A stretch of DNA of 34,519 nucleotides from Flavobacteriales bacterium (GTDB lineage Bacteria > Bacteroidota > Bacteroidia > Flavobacteriales_D > UBA2798), in the NCBI GenBank assembly GCA_043752145.1, contig JAYUZA010000164.1, forward strand, positions 1 through 34,519, in the 5' to 3' direction. This document shows positions 26,453 through 34,519 of this stretch, piece by piece; position 1 is the stretch's first letter; every line of letters starts with the position of its first letter. The position numbers and the translations under genes are program-made. The notes under the pieces were generated by a model that saw only the letters and a list, made by a program, of their open reading frames with translations, did not search any database and was not told where the DNA came from.

Positions 26453-27115
26453 ATGGTCGCTTTAAAAACATTTAACAATTTATCGCCTCAACGTCAAAAC
26501 GAAATCATTGATGTTTGTTTGCGTGAATTCGCCTTTAGGGGATACAACGATGCATCGCTCGGTAACATCATTGCAGAACTCGACATTGCCAAAGGAAGTT
26601 TTTACCGTTACTTTGAAAGTAAGCAATCACTTTATCTCTTTTTATTAGAACATAGCGCTGCTATTCGGCTTGAACACGATTCAACAATAGTCACCAAACC
26701 ATCTGATGATTTTTTTGAACGGATGCTCCAGCACTTCAAAGGGAAAATAAAATTTGATAAGGCATATCCTCTGCCAAGTGCGTTTTTACACACCGTTTTA
26801 GAGGAAAAAAACAATGACGAGATAACCGACATTCAATTCAGGAGCAAGGCCAAGATCCTTAAACTCATCAAGCCTCTTGTTGCAGAACAGATCAAAAAGA
26901 AAAAACTACGAAAGGATATTGATGTTGATCTCGTGAGCTATATGACGCTTCAAATGAATCTTTCCATTTTAGATTATATCTCATATAAATATAAAATCGA
27001 TTACAGAGAGAATATTCGAAAAGGAAAACCGCTGTATGGAATATCTGAAAAGGAAATGGTCGTTACAGCCGAACAATTCATGAAGACATTTAAAAACGGC
27101 ATCGCACACAAATAA
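26453..27115 (+). CDS. TetR/AcrR-family transcriptional regulator
   Basis: The N-terminal HTH is ...FAFRGYNDASLGNIIAELDIAKGSFYRYFESKQSLYLFLLEH, which fits the TetR_N signature. The length of 220 aa is typical. Confidence 0.85.
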   Translation: MVALKTFNNLSPQRQNEIIDVCLREFAFRGYNDASLGNIIAELDIAKGSFYRYFESKQSLYLFLLEHSAAIRLEHDSTIVTKPSDDFFERMLQHFKGKIKFDKAYPLPSAFLHTVLEEKNNDEITDIQFRSKAKILKLIKPLVAEQIKKKKLRKDIDVDLVSYMTLQMNLSILDYISYKYKIDYRENIRKGKPLYGISEKEMVVTAEQFMKTFKNGIAHK

Positions 27116-27129
27116 AAAATACTAAACTT

Positions 27130-27417
27130 ATGAATGCATTATCAAAAAAACTTCTTTGGGCATCAAGAATCAGTCAATCAATCGTATTACTTGCCCTAAT
27201 TCGTTGCATAATTGAATGTTTTCCAATTAAAATTACTCTTCGCCCCGAAGGATGGTGCTTTGATGAGATGCAACCTTACCTTATAGCCTCATTAGTTTGT
27301 GCAATTGCAAGTTTCTTCTCGCTTTTCTTTTCATTTTATAATTATCATAAGATCATCATAGCAATCGCAATTATTACAATCGGCATTTTAATTTATATAA
27401 AAAGTCTCTATTTATGA
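27130..27417 (+). CDS. Small hydrophobic membrane protein (95 aa, ~3 TM), unknown function
   Basis: It has three hydrophobic stretches: SIVLLALIRCII, YLIASLVCAIASFFSLFFSF and IIIAIAIITIGILIYI. It is coupled to the next gene by an ATGA overlap. Confidence 0.5.
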   Translation: MNALSKKLLWASRISQSIVLLALIRCIIECFPIKITLRPEGWCFDEMQPYLIASLVCAIASFFSLFFSFYNYHKIIIAIAIITIGILIYIKSLYL

Positions 27418-28301
27418 AAAACTCCTTCTATAAAACCCCCGAAGACCTTGAATGGTTAAGATCATGGCAAAAAAAAGTTCTGCAAAACAGTAAGATCGAA
27501 TTTACCACTTCGATGGTAACGACAAGTTTTGGAAATACATGCGTTCATACGCACAACGCATACAAGACTGATCTTCCTGCTGTATTTATTCTCCCTGGAA
27601 TGCTAACCTCTTCACTCTATTGGGCTTTAAATAATAGTTTGATAAGTTTAAAAGATAAATACCGTTTATTTCTGGTCGATACCATTGGTCAGCCTGGATT
27701 AAGTGACGGCACAAATCCGAATGTAAAAACAAATGAATACGGAAAATGGTTGAATGAATTGACCGAGCTTTTACAAGTGAAAACCGCGTTTTGGATCGGT
27801 GCTTCCTTCGGTTGTCAATTGATCGTTAAACTATCGCAGGTGGCACCCGAAAAGATCATGAAAACGTGCTTTATTTGTCCGGGTGGAATTATTCAAATAG
27901 GCATAACCTGGAAAAATTTAAGTTCGAACATGGGATTGATTTGGTTTAAAAATAAAAAAGTAAGCGAACGTTTTATACAAAACGTTGTTTACGGAAACTC
28001 ATTCAAGCTCACAGGAAACGAACATGCGCTGCTTCTTGAAGCAATTCATGGCAACGTAAGCCGGTTTAAAATGAATACCGGTTATCCTTATCCCATGAAA
28101 AAAGAAGAATTCGCGAATATGAAAATGCCACTATTGCTCCTTCCGGGTGAGAATGATCCTATGTTTGCTCCGGCACGACTTTCAAAGAGAATTTCAGAAG
28201 TTTTTCCCGTCCAACCGCAGATGGAAATATTGCCGGGTCACGGTCATGGTTCTGAATTATCGCCACTTGCATTGGAAAAGGCCGCATTGTTTTTAACGTA
28301 A
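27414..28301 (+). CDS. Alpha/beta-fold hydrolase
   Basis: The nucleophile elbow is GASFG, there is a late acid region (PGENDPMF), and the C-terminal His motif is PGHGHG. The length is 295 aa. Confidence 0.8.
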   Translation: MKNSFYKTPEDLEWLRSWQKKVLQNSKIEFTTSMVTTSFGNTCVHTHNAYKTDLPAVFILPGMLTSSLYWALNNSLISLKDKYRLFLVDTIGQPGLSDGTNPNVKTNEYGKWLNELTELLQVKTAFWIGASFGCQLIVKLSQVAPEKIMKTCFICPGGIIQIGITWKNLSSNMGLIWFKNKKVSERFIQNVVYGNSFKLTGNEHALLLEAIHGNVSRFKMNTGYPYPMKKEEFANMKMPLLLLPGENDPMFAPARLSKRISEVFPVQPQMEILPGHGHGSELSPLALEKAALFLT

Positions 28302-28316
28302 TAAGTTAAACTTCAC

Positions 28317-30335
28317 TTGCTTAATTTTGCTTACTTTTCGTTAGTGAAAAGGCGATCCCTACTCTTCTTACTTATATTGTTAACGGTTTTTACGCGCACT
28401 ATTAAAGCACAACAACCTGTTGACGATTCGCTGCGTCACCTTTCATGTTCATCAAAACACGATACCATTCGCATACAGGCAATGGTTACTTTGGGTGAGA
28501 ATAATTATCCCAATCATCTTGACAGTTGTATTGTTTGGTGGAAACGCGCCATAGCAGCGTGTGATAAGAGTTTAAAAAATGCCAAAGGAAAAATAAAACA
28601 TGCTTTACTGGTAGAAAAAGGCGCATCCCTAAGCAATATCGCTTTTGTAAATTCATATCAGGGAAATATCCATTCGGCACTTGACTATAACTTTAAAGCT
28701 TTACGCATTCGTGAAAGTATAAACGACATTCATGGTATTGCCGAATCCAATAACAATATTGCCTGGCTGTATCTTGAACAAAGCGATACTTCATCGGCAC
28801 TTAAATGCTTTCAAAAATCGCGTAAATACTACCAAAAAATAAATGACATGGGCGGTGTGGCGTATACCGCTATTAACATGTCAAAAATATACTTAAAAGC
28901 AAAAAAGAACTCTCTTGCGCTTGAAAGTCTTTATGAGGCCGAAAGTATACTCAAAAATCTTCCGCACCTCAAAGAAGCATGGGCAAACAGTATTAATTCT
29001 ATTGGTGTTATTTTTAACATGGAATTTAAGCGAAATGCAGCAAAAAAATATTTTTCAAAAGCATTGTCCATTCGCAAATCTAACAACGACATTAGCGGCT
29101 TAGCCAGTTCTTATACCACATTAGCCCGCTATTTTGATCAAATAGGTCGTCCAGATAGTGCATACGTTTGTGGAAAATTAGCCATCGATTACGCAAAAGG
29201 ATGCTTGTCTCCGGAAGCTATTCAACAAGCTGCGCTTATTTACAGCGAAATACTAAAGAAACGAAAAGATTTTGAAAAATCACTTGAATTTTATGCCTTG
29301 CATATTCAAATGCGTGATAGTTTAAATAACGATAAAACGAAAAAATCTACCATTAAAAATCAATTCAAGTATAGTTATGAAACAAAAGCCGCAACCGACA
29401 GTCTTAAACACTTTGAAGAAAATAAAATAAAGGAAGAAAGGCTTGAAAAAGAGAAATATCAACGTTATTTCCTTTATGGAGGATTAATACTTGTTTTGGT
29501 ATTTTTGATATTCGTATACAGTCGCTTTCGCATTATCCGAACACAAAAAGCAACCATTGAACAACAAAAGCTAATAGTTGATATTAAAAACAAAGAAATG
29601 CTCGATAGTATGGATTACGCCCGCCAAATTCAAGGCGCCTTATTGCCATCGGCAAAAATGATACAACCTGAGTTTAGCGAGCATTTCGTTTTTTACAAAC
29701 CCAAAGACATAGTGAGTGGCGATTTTTATTGGAGTACTAAAAAACAGGAAGGTGATTTTTATTTGGCTGTTTGCGACAGTACGGGTCACGGTGTACCGGG
29801 AGCGTTTATGAGTTTGCTTAATATTTCGTTTTTGAATGAAGCCGTTATTGAAAAAGAGATCGCAGAACCACATGAGGTGTTGAATTATGTTCGTCAACGT
29901 CTTATTTCAACTATTTCGCAAGAAGGAAGACAAGATGGAATGGACGCGACACTTGTTTGTTATAACAAAAAGAAAATGGAGATTTCATATTCCTCGGCTC
30001 ACAATCGTGGCTTGCTTGTAAGAAGAGGAATCCCTGTTGAAATGCATGCCGACAAAATGCCTGTAGGAAAAGGTGAGATCCATAATTCGTTTTCCAAGCA
30101 CATTATTGAAGTGATACCGGGCGACAGATTATATTTTTATACGGATGGATTTCCCGATCAATTTGGTGGACCTAAAGGAAAAAAATTCAAAACAGGAACA
30201 TTAAATAAACTTCTAGCTAGTGTTGCGCTTTTGCCAATGAGAGAACAGGAAGAAATACTCGTTCGGAAATTTGAAGAATGGCAAGGTGAATATGAACAGC
30301 TGGACGATGTATGCCTTATTGGAATTATGATCTAA
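28317..30335 (+). CDS. TPR-repeat / single-TM / PP2C-type (SpoIIE family) serine phosphatase
   Basis: The N-terminal half is TPR-like (…NNIAWLYLEQSDTSSALKCFQKSRKYYQKINDMGG…). The TM segment is YFLYGGLILVLVFLIFVY. The phosphatase motifs are DIVSGDFYW, VCDSTGHGVPGAFMS, DGMDATLV, YTDGFPDQFGG and DDVCLIGI. The start is non-ATG, either TTG 28317 or, more plausibly, GVG-type GTG at 28344 ((M)KRRSLLFLLILLTVFTRTIKAQ). Confidence 0.82.
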   Translation: MLNFAYFSLVKRRSLLFLLILLTVFTRTIKAQQPVDDSLRHLSCSSKHDTIRIQAMVTLGENNYPNHLDSCIVWWKRAIAACDKSLKNAKGKIKHALLVEKGASLSNIAFVNSYQGNIHSALDYNFKALRIRESINDIHGIAESNNNIAWLYLEQSDTSSALKCFQKSRKYYQKINDMGGVAYTAINMSKIYLKAKKNSLALESLYEAESILKNLPHLKEAWANSINSIGVIFNMEFKRNAAKKYFSKALSIRKSNNDISGLASSYTTLARYFDQIGRPDSAYVCGKLAIDYAKGCLSPEAIQQAALIYSEILKKRKDFEKSLEFYALHIQMRDSLNNDKTKKSTIKNQFKYSYETKAATDSLKHFEENKIKEERLEKEKYQRYFLYGGLILVLVFLIFVYSRFRIIRTQKATIEQQKLIVDIKNKEMLDSMDYARQIQGALLPSAKMIQPEFSEHFVFYKPKDIVSGDFYWSTKKQEGDFYLAVCDSTGHGVPGAFMSLLNISFLNEAVIEKEIAEPHEVLNYVRQRLISTISQEGRQDGMDATLVCYNKKKMEISYSSAHNRGLLVRRGIPVEMHADKMPVGKGEIHNSFSKHIIEVIPGDRLYFYTDGFPDQFGGPKGKKFKTGTLNKLLASVALLPMREQEEILVRKFEEWQGEYEQLDDVCLIGIMI

Positions 30336-30682
30336 TCCAACACGGTCGGATTTTCACCATAGTTTTTCTTGATCAGTTCCACAACATTCACACGAATTGC
30401 TTTCTGCGCAGGAAAAAATGCAGCCATATAAATGATGAATGGAATTAAAATTCCAAGTCCAATCAAACAAAAAACAAATATCATTTGTCCACCCATCGTT
30501 GGAAAACCTTCGTTTACCATAGCCTTATTTTTTCTGGATACAACAATAGCAGCGGCAGTTGATGAACTGCTTACCACTAACATATTTTTGTTCCTGAATT
30601 TACAGGTATAGTGGGGGTATTCGGCTTCAATTTTTTGCTTTACTTCTTCAAGAGGCATCTCTTTAACAATGGAAACTTTCAT
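30332..30682 (-). CDS. Small membrane protein (116 aa), unknown function
   Basis: It has a soluble N-terminal ~60 aa and then a long hydrophobic hairpin (GGQMIFVFCLIGLGILIPFIIYMAAFF). I recognise no family. Its stop overlaps the stop of the convergent phosphatase gene (CTAA at 30332-30335). Confidence 0.45.
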   Translation of the reverse strand: MKVSIVKEMPLEEVKQKIEAEYPHYTCKFRNKNMLVVSSSSTAAAIVVSRKNKAMVNEGFPTMGGQMIFVFCLIGLGILIPFIIYMAAFFPAQKAIRVNVVELIKKNYGENPTVLD

Positions 30683-30807
30683 AGGGTTTTGGTTTTAAGG
30701 TTATACGGCAAGGTAGACAATATTTTAACTTCCATGTGGGTTGCACAAATGAACACTAAAATGTGTGGATTTATCAATTTTTAAGAACCAAATAGCGTCA
30801 ATATCCG

Positions 30808-30815
30808 TACATTTG
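30808..30815 (+). promoter_or_regulatory. Candidate Bacteroidota -7 box for dxs
   Basis: TACATTTG is an exact TAnnTTTG match, 18 nt upstream of ATG 30833. The -33 element is unclear. Confidence 0.3.
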
Positions 30816-30832
30816 AGTGTACAAAAAGCCGA

Positions 30833-32773
30833 ATGCAAGAGTTTAAAGCCGGACCATATCTCAGTAAGATCCAGTATCCAAAGGATTTACGTACCCATTT
30901 TACCATTGAGGATCTTCCTAACGTTAGCAATGATTTGCGCCAGTATATCATTGATGTAATATCTGAAATCGGAAATTCGCATTTTGGTGCTTCCCTTGGT
31001 GTTGTTGAGTTAACCGTGGCTTTACACTACGCTTTTAATACCCCCGAAGATCAATTGGTTTGGGATGTTGGTCATCAGGCATATGGTCATAAAATTTTAA
31101 CAGGTCGCAGAGAAATTTTTCATACCAATAGAAAATATAAAGGCCTTAGCGGATTTCCAAAACGAAGCGAAAGTGAGTACGATACTTTTGGTGTTGGCCA
31201 CTCTTCTACTTCCATTTCGGCCGCTGTGGGAATGGCCGTTGCCAATAAATTACAAAACAAAAGCAATATTCATCAAATAGCCGTGATAGGTGATGGCGCC
31301 ATGACGGCCGGTTTAGCCTTTGAAGGTCTTAACCATGGTGGCGTTTCCAATTCAAATATTTTAGTTGTTCTCAATGATAATTGCATGAGTATCGACCCTA
31401 ACGTTGGTGCTTTAAAAGAATATTTAACCGATATCACCACTTCTAAAACATACAATCGTGTAAAAAATAAAGTGTGGAAAATACTTGGGGATATAAGTAA
31501 ATTCGGACCTAACGCACAGGCCGTTGCCCAAAAGGTAAGCGATTCAATGAAAACGGCATTGCTGAAACAAAGCAACATGTTTGAATCATTAAAGTTCCGT
31601 TATTTCGGTCCGGTTGATGGTCATGATGTAATTGGTTTAGCGCGCATCATGGAAGATCTTAAAAACATTCCCGGTCCTAAAATATTACACGTTTTAACTG
31701 TTAAAGGAAAAGGATTTAAATTTTCAGAAGAAGGCAACCAGACCATTTGGCATGCACCGGGTGTTTTCAATAAAGAAACGGGAGAGATCGTAAAGATCGT
31801 TCCAAAAAGTCCGCAGCCTCCAAAGTACCAGGATGTATTTGGACATACCATTATAGAGTTAGCCGAAAAGAACGAAAAAATTGTGGGTGTAACACCTGCA
31901 ATGCCATCGGGCTGCTCATTGAATTTAATGATGAAAGCCATGCCAACACGTGCGTTTGATGTAGGTATTGCCGAACAACATGCTGTTACATTTTCAGCAG
32001 GAATGGCAACACAAGGTTTAATTCCCTTCTGCAATATTTATTCATCGTTCATGCAGCGTGCATACGACCAGGTAATACACGATGTAGCACTTCAAAAATT
32101 AAATGTTATATTTTGTTTAGACAGAGGTGGTGTTGTTGGTGCTGATGGCGCAACACATCACGGTGCTTATGATCTTGCGTATATGCGTTGTATTCCCAAC
32201 ATGATAGTTGCCGCACCAATGAACGAAGAAGAATTGCGCAATTTAATGTATACCGCACAATTAAAAGATCAGGGTCCGTTCAGCATACGTTATCCGCGTG
32301 GCGAAGGTGTTATGGTAGATTGGAAAAAACCATTTAAGGAAATAAAAGTAGGAACGGGACGCAAAATAAAGAACGGCACTGATATTGCATTTTTAACCAT
32401 AGGTCATATGGGAAATCTTGCAATAACGGCTTGTGAAGAATTACAAAAGCAAGGCATTGATGCTGCGCTTTACGATATGCGCTTTGTAAAACCATTGGAT
32501 GAAATCTTATTGCACGAAGTGTTCTCAAAATTCACAAAAGTGATAACGGTTGAGGACGGTTGTGTGCAGGGTGGAATGGGAAGTGCTATTTTGGAATTTA
32601 TGGCCGATAACGGATATAGGGCTAACGTTAAACGATTAGGTATTCCGGATAAGTTTGTTGATCATGGTACGCAAAAAGAATTGTGGCATGAATGCGGTTA
32701 CGATACACTGGCAATGGTCGAAACAGCCCTTGAAATGATCCAGAATAAAAATTCGATCCGATCAGCTGGATAG
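30833..32773 (+). CDS. dxs: 1-deoxy-D-xylulose-5-phosphate synthase
   Basis: Motifs are HFGASLGVVELTVALH, WDVGHQAYGHKILTGRR and the TPP-binding GDGAMTAGLAFEGLNH. The transketolase-like pyrimidine-binding and C-terminal domains are present. The length of 646 aa is typical. Confidence 0.95.
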   Translation: MQEFKAGPYLSKIQYPKDLRTHFTIEDLPNVSNDLRQYIIDVISEIGNSHFGASLGVVELTVALHYAFNTPEDQLVWDVGHQAYGHKILTGRREIFHTNRKYKGLSGFPKRSESEYDTFGVGHSSTSISAAVGMAVANKLQNKSNIHQIAVIGDGAMTAGLAFEGLNHGGVSNSNILVVLNDNCMSIDPNVGALKEYLTDITTSKTYNRVKNKVWKILGDISKFGPNAQAVAQKVSDSMKTALLKQSNMFESLKFRYFGPVDGHDVIGLARIMEDLKNIPGPKILHVLTVKGKGFKFSEEGNQTIWHAPGVFNKETGEIVKIVPKSPQPPKYQDVFGHTIIELAEKNEKIVGVTPAMPSGCSLNLMMKAMPTRAFDVGIAEQHAVTFSAGMATQGLIPFCNIYSSFMQRAYDQVIHDVALQKLNVIFCLDRGGVVGADGATHHGAYDLAYMRCIPNMIVAAPMNEEELRNLMYTAQLKDQGPFSIRYPRGEGVMVDWKKPFKEIKVGTGRKIKNGTDIAFLTIGHMGNLAITACEELQKQGIDAALYDMRFVKPLDEILLHEVFSKFTKVITVEDGCVQGGMGSAILEFMADNGYRANVKRLGIPDKFVDHGTQKELWHECGYDTLAMVETALEMIQNKNSIRSAG

Positions 32774-32874
32774 CTTATAAAATGGTGTTTTTCAAATATT
32801 TAAACTCATTCCTTTCCTCAATTAAGTTTCGCTTACGGTTAAATATTCTTATCTTCGTTAACTATATATTTCAC

Positions 32875-34519
32875 TTGAAAACGATTTTAGCATATTTACC
32901 TTTTGCAGGAAAGAGCCTTGTTGCATTTTTGATGTGTATGAGCTTTTACGGTAATTCGTTCGCTAATTCGGAATTGGATTCCTTAAAAAATTTACTCAAG
33001 GCTGAAAAAAATGATACGGCAAAAGTAAATCTTCACCTCAACATCGGAGCTGTATTATTGGACAGAGATTCAAGCAATGCGTACAGCCATTTTAAAAGTG
33101 CCATTAAACTCGCGCATGCAGGTAAGGTCAAATCATATATTTTACGCACATATGATCGTGTAGGAAGAAGATACAATTACACACCTTATTTTAAAAAAGG
33201 TCTTGCATTTTTCAAAGAAGGAATCTCTTATTCCATCAAGTGGAAAAATGAGCAGTGGACAAAAAAAATATATCAGCATTTGGGCGACCTATTGCAAACA
33301 CAAGGTTTTTCAAAACAGGCCATCCCCTATTATGATAGTGCGTTTATGCACATAAAAAATATTTCGCACGAAGAACACGCAGGCATGCTCATGCGAAAAG
33401 GACGGTTGTATTACGACATTGGAGAATACAAACCCGCAATGGACCTTTATCAAAAAGCGCAAAAAATATTTGAAGAAAATAAATTATTGGATCGCGAATA
33501 TGGCCACCTGTTGCATTATATTGGATCTGTATTCAAACGCCAGGACTTATACGATAAAGCCCTTGTGTATTACGAGAAGGAACTAGCATTGGCAAAAAAT
33601 TTAAATGATAAACGACTAGAAGCCGAAGCGCTTTATTTATGCGGGGCCATGTATGGTACCTTGGGAAATTTGGAAAAAGAAGTAGAATATAATTTAAGAG
33701 CGCTGGAAATTTACAAGTCCGAAAATGACGAACGTGGTAAAGCATTAATATTGGGTAATCTTGCAAGTAACTATTCTGACAAAAAACAATATGAAAAAGC
33801 CATTAGCTTTTGTCTCCAGGCAATGGAATATTATTTCAAAACCGGTGATCAGGAAAAACAAGCCGCAACCTATACTTCATTGGGTAATAATTACTCTCGA
33901 CTAAATAAACATGCACTAGCCATTGAGTGTTTTAAAAAGGCTATGGTAGCCAACAGTAAAACGGAGATGAAACAATTGCTTACGGGTGCCGAACTTCAGA
34001 GATCATTATCCTTCGCGTACGCACGCATGGGCGATTATAAAAACGCGTACAACTCATATCTTGAATATCGAAACCTGGAAGATAGTATCAATAATCAGGA
34101 AAATCGTGAGTACCTGCATGATCTTGAAGCAAAATACGAAACCGATAAAAAAGAACAACAGATCGCTTTACTAAACAAGGATAAAGTAATAAAGGATGCC
34201 GAGGCGGAACAACACCGCTCGCAGCGAACGTATTTGATCATTGGTTGTGCTTTGGTATTAATAGTTGCAGGTGTTGCCGGATGGGCATTTTTCAATAAGC
34301 GAAAAGACAATAAGATCCTTGCAAAACAATTTAATGAGATCAATTACAAGAACATTGTCATCAAAGAAAAGAACAAAGACATTACCGACAGTATTAATTA
34401 CGCCAAACGAATTCAGGAAGCCGTATTGCCTTTACCTGATGAGTTGAACGGTTTTTTTTCCGAATCATTTGTCTTTTATCGTCCCAAAGATATTGTGAGT
34501 GGCGATTTTTACTGGTTCA
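32875..34519 (+). CDS. TPR-repeat / single-TM / PP2C-type (SpoIIE family) phosphatase, paralogue of 28317..30335. The 3' end lies beyond the right window edge.
   Basis: The ORF track omits it because there is no stop in the window. From TTG 32875 it reads (M)KTILAYLPFAGKSLVAFLMCMSFYGNSFANSELDSLKNLLKAEKNDTAKV..., followed by TPR-like repeats (…ALILGNLASNYSDKKQYEKAISFCLQAMEYYFKTGD…). The TM segment is TYLIIGCALVLIVAGVAGWAFF. It then reads ...INYAKRIQEAVLPLPDEL...FVFYRPKDIVSGDFYWF at the window end. There is an in-frame stop at 32800-32802 upstream, and 548 codons are open. Confidence 0.8.
   Translation, partial: MKTILAYLPFAGKSLVAFLMCMSFYGNSFANSELDSLKNLLKAEKNDTAKVNLHLNIGAVLLDRDSSNAYSHFKSAIKLAHAGKVKSYILRTYDRVGRRYNYTPYFKKGLAFFKEGISYSIKWKNEQWTKKIYQHLGDLLQTQGFSKQAIPYYDSAFMHIKNISHEEHAGMLMRKGRLYYDIGEYKPAMDLYQKAQKIFEENKLLDREYGHLLHYIGSVFKRQDLYDKALVYYEKELALAKNLNDKRLEAEALYLCGAMYGTLGNLEKEVEYNLRALEIYKSENDERGKALILGNLASNYSDKKQYEKAISFCLQAMEYYFKTGDQEKQAATYTSLGNNYSRLNKHALAIECFKKAMVANSKTEMKQLLTGAELQRSLSFAYARMGDYKNAYNSYLEYRNLEDSINNQENREYLHDLEAKYETDKKEQQIALLNKDKVIKDAEAEQHRSQRTYLIIGCALVLIVAGVAGWAFFNKRKDNKILAKQFNEINYKNIVIKEKNKDITDSINYAKRIQEAVLPLPDELNGFFSESFVFYRPKDIVSGDFYWF

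Noticed and set aside
30332-30335. Convergent genes whose stop codons overlap (CTAA). A similar convergent pair has a 4-nt gap at 9304-9307.
   Set aside because: This leaves no room for terminators and is mildly curious. Such tight convergent junctions occur in compact bacterial genomes, and I see no further structure to interpret.
30683-30832. Possible TPP riboswitch or other leader RNA upstream of dxs, a TPP-dependent enzyme
   Set aside because: The 150-bp spacer has no CUGAGA or ACCUGA-type TPP-aptamer core sequences and no obvious conserved stem architecture. It is too short and AT-rich, so I treat it as an ordinary promoter region.
31273-32034. Minus-strand ORFs of 101 and 137 aa within dxs
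   Set aside because: They lie antisense to a strongly supported dxs reading frame and show no signal or motif content.
1-34519. Search by eye for mobile elements, CRISPR arrays, tRNA/rRNA genes, and defence or phage genes
   Set aside because: I noticed no transposase, integrase or recombinase-like ORFs, no regularly spaced direct repeats, no tRNA-like T-arm signatures in the intergenic spacers, and no nuclease, helicase or methylase signatures. The only large repeats are the paralogous gene pairs described above. A covariance-model or HMM scan would be needed to exclude small RNAs.

Overview
This is an AT-rich chromosomal segment that reads as Bacteroidota. The signs are T9SS type-B cargo genes with a PorP/SprF partner, gldB, many lipoprotein or Sec signal peptides, and long FtsX/MacB-type permeases. 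I count about 28 protein-coding genes. By eye I found no rRNA, tRNA, CRISPR array, transposase, integrase or recognisable phage or defence gene.

Gene order:
- 1-4745 (-): a three-gene T9SS unit, with two tandem paralogous type-B-CTD adhesin-like cargo genes followed by a PorP/SprF gene that runs off the left edge.
- 4991-9303: a small secreted protein, nadE, an OM beta-barrel, gldB and a lipoprotein archaemetzincin-like metalloprotease.
- 9308-16831 (-): a tightly packed arm holding a sigma-54 response regulator, a histidine kinase, DinB, a 1016-aa amidohydrolase and a 427-aa amidohydrolase.
- 17094-26329 (+): the divergent arm, holding an HlyD adaptor, an ABC ATPase, two ~800-aa FtsX permeases, TolC and a DUF2911/TPR protein. 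It is preceded by a GG-N10-GC sigma-54-type promoter and closed by one strong terminator.
- 26453-28301 (+): TetR, a small membrane protein and an alpha/beta hydrolase, with a palindromic operator.
- 28317-34519: two paralogous TPR-TM-PP2C(SpoIIE) phosphatases bracketing a small membrane protein and dxs. The second phosphatase runs off the right edge.

The ORF track lists neither edge gene, because neither has a stop codon in the window.

Nothing here is a clear-cut new system. The best candidate for an uncharacterised functional module is the ~17-kb back-to-back sigma-54 cluster at 9308-26329. All functional calls come from motif and family recognition by eye. No searches were run.
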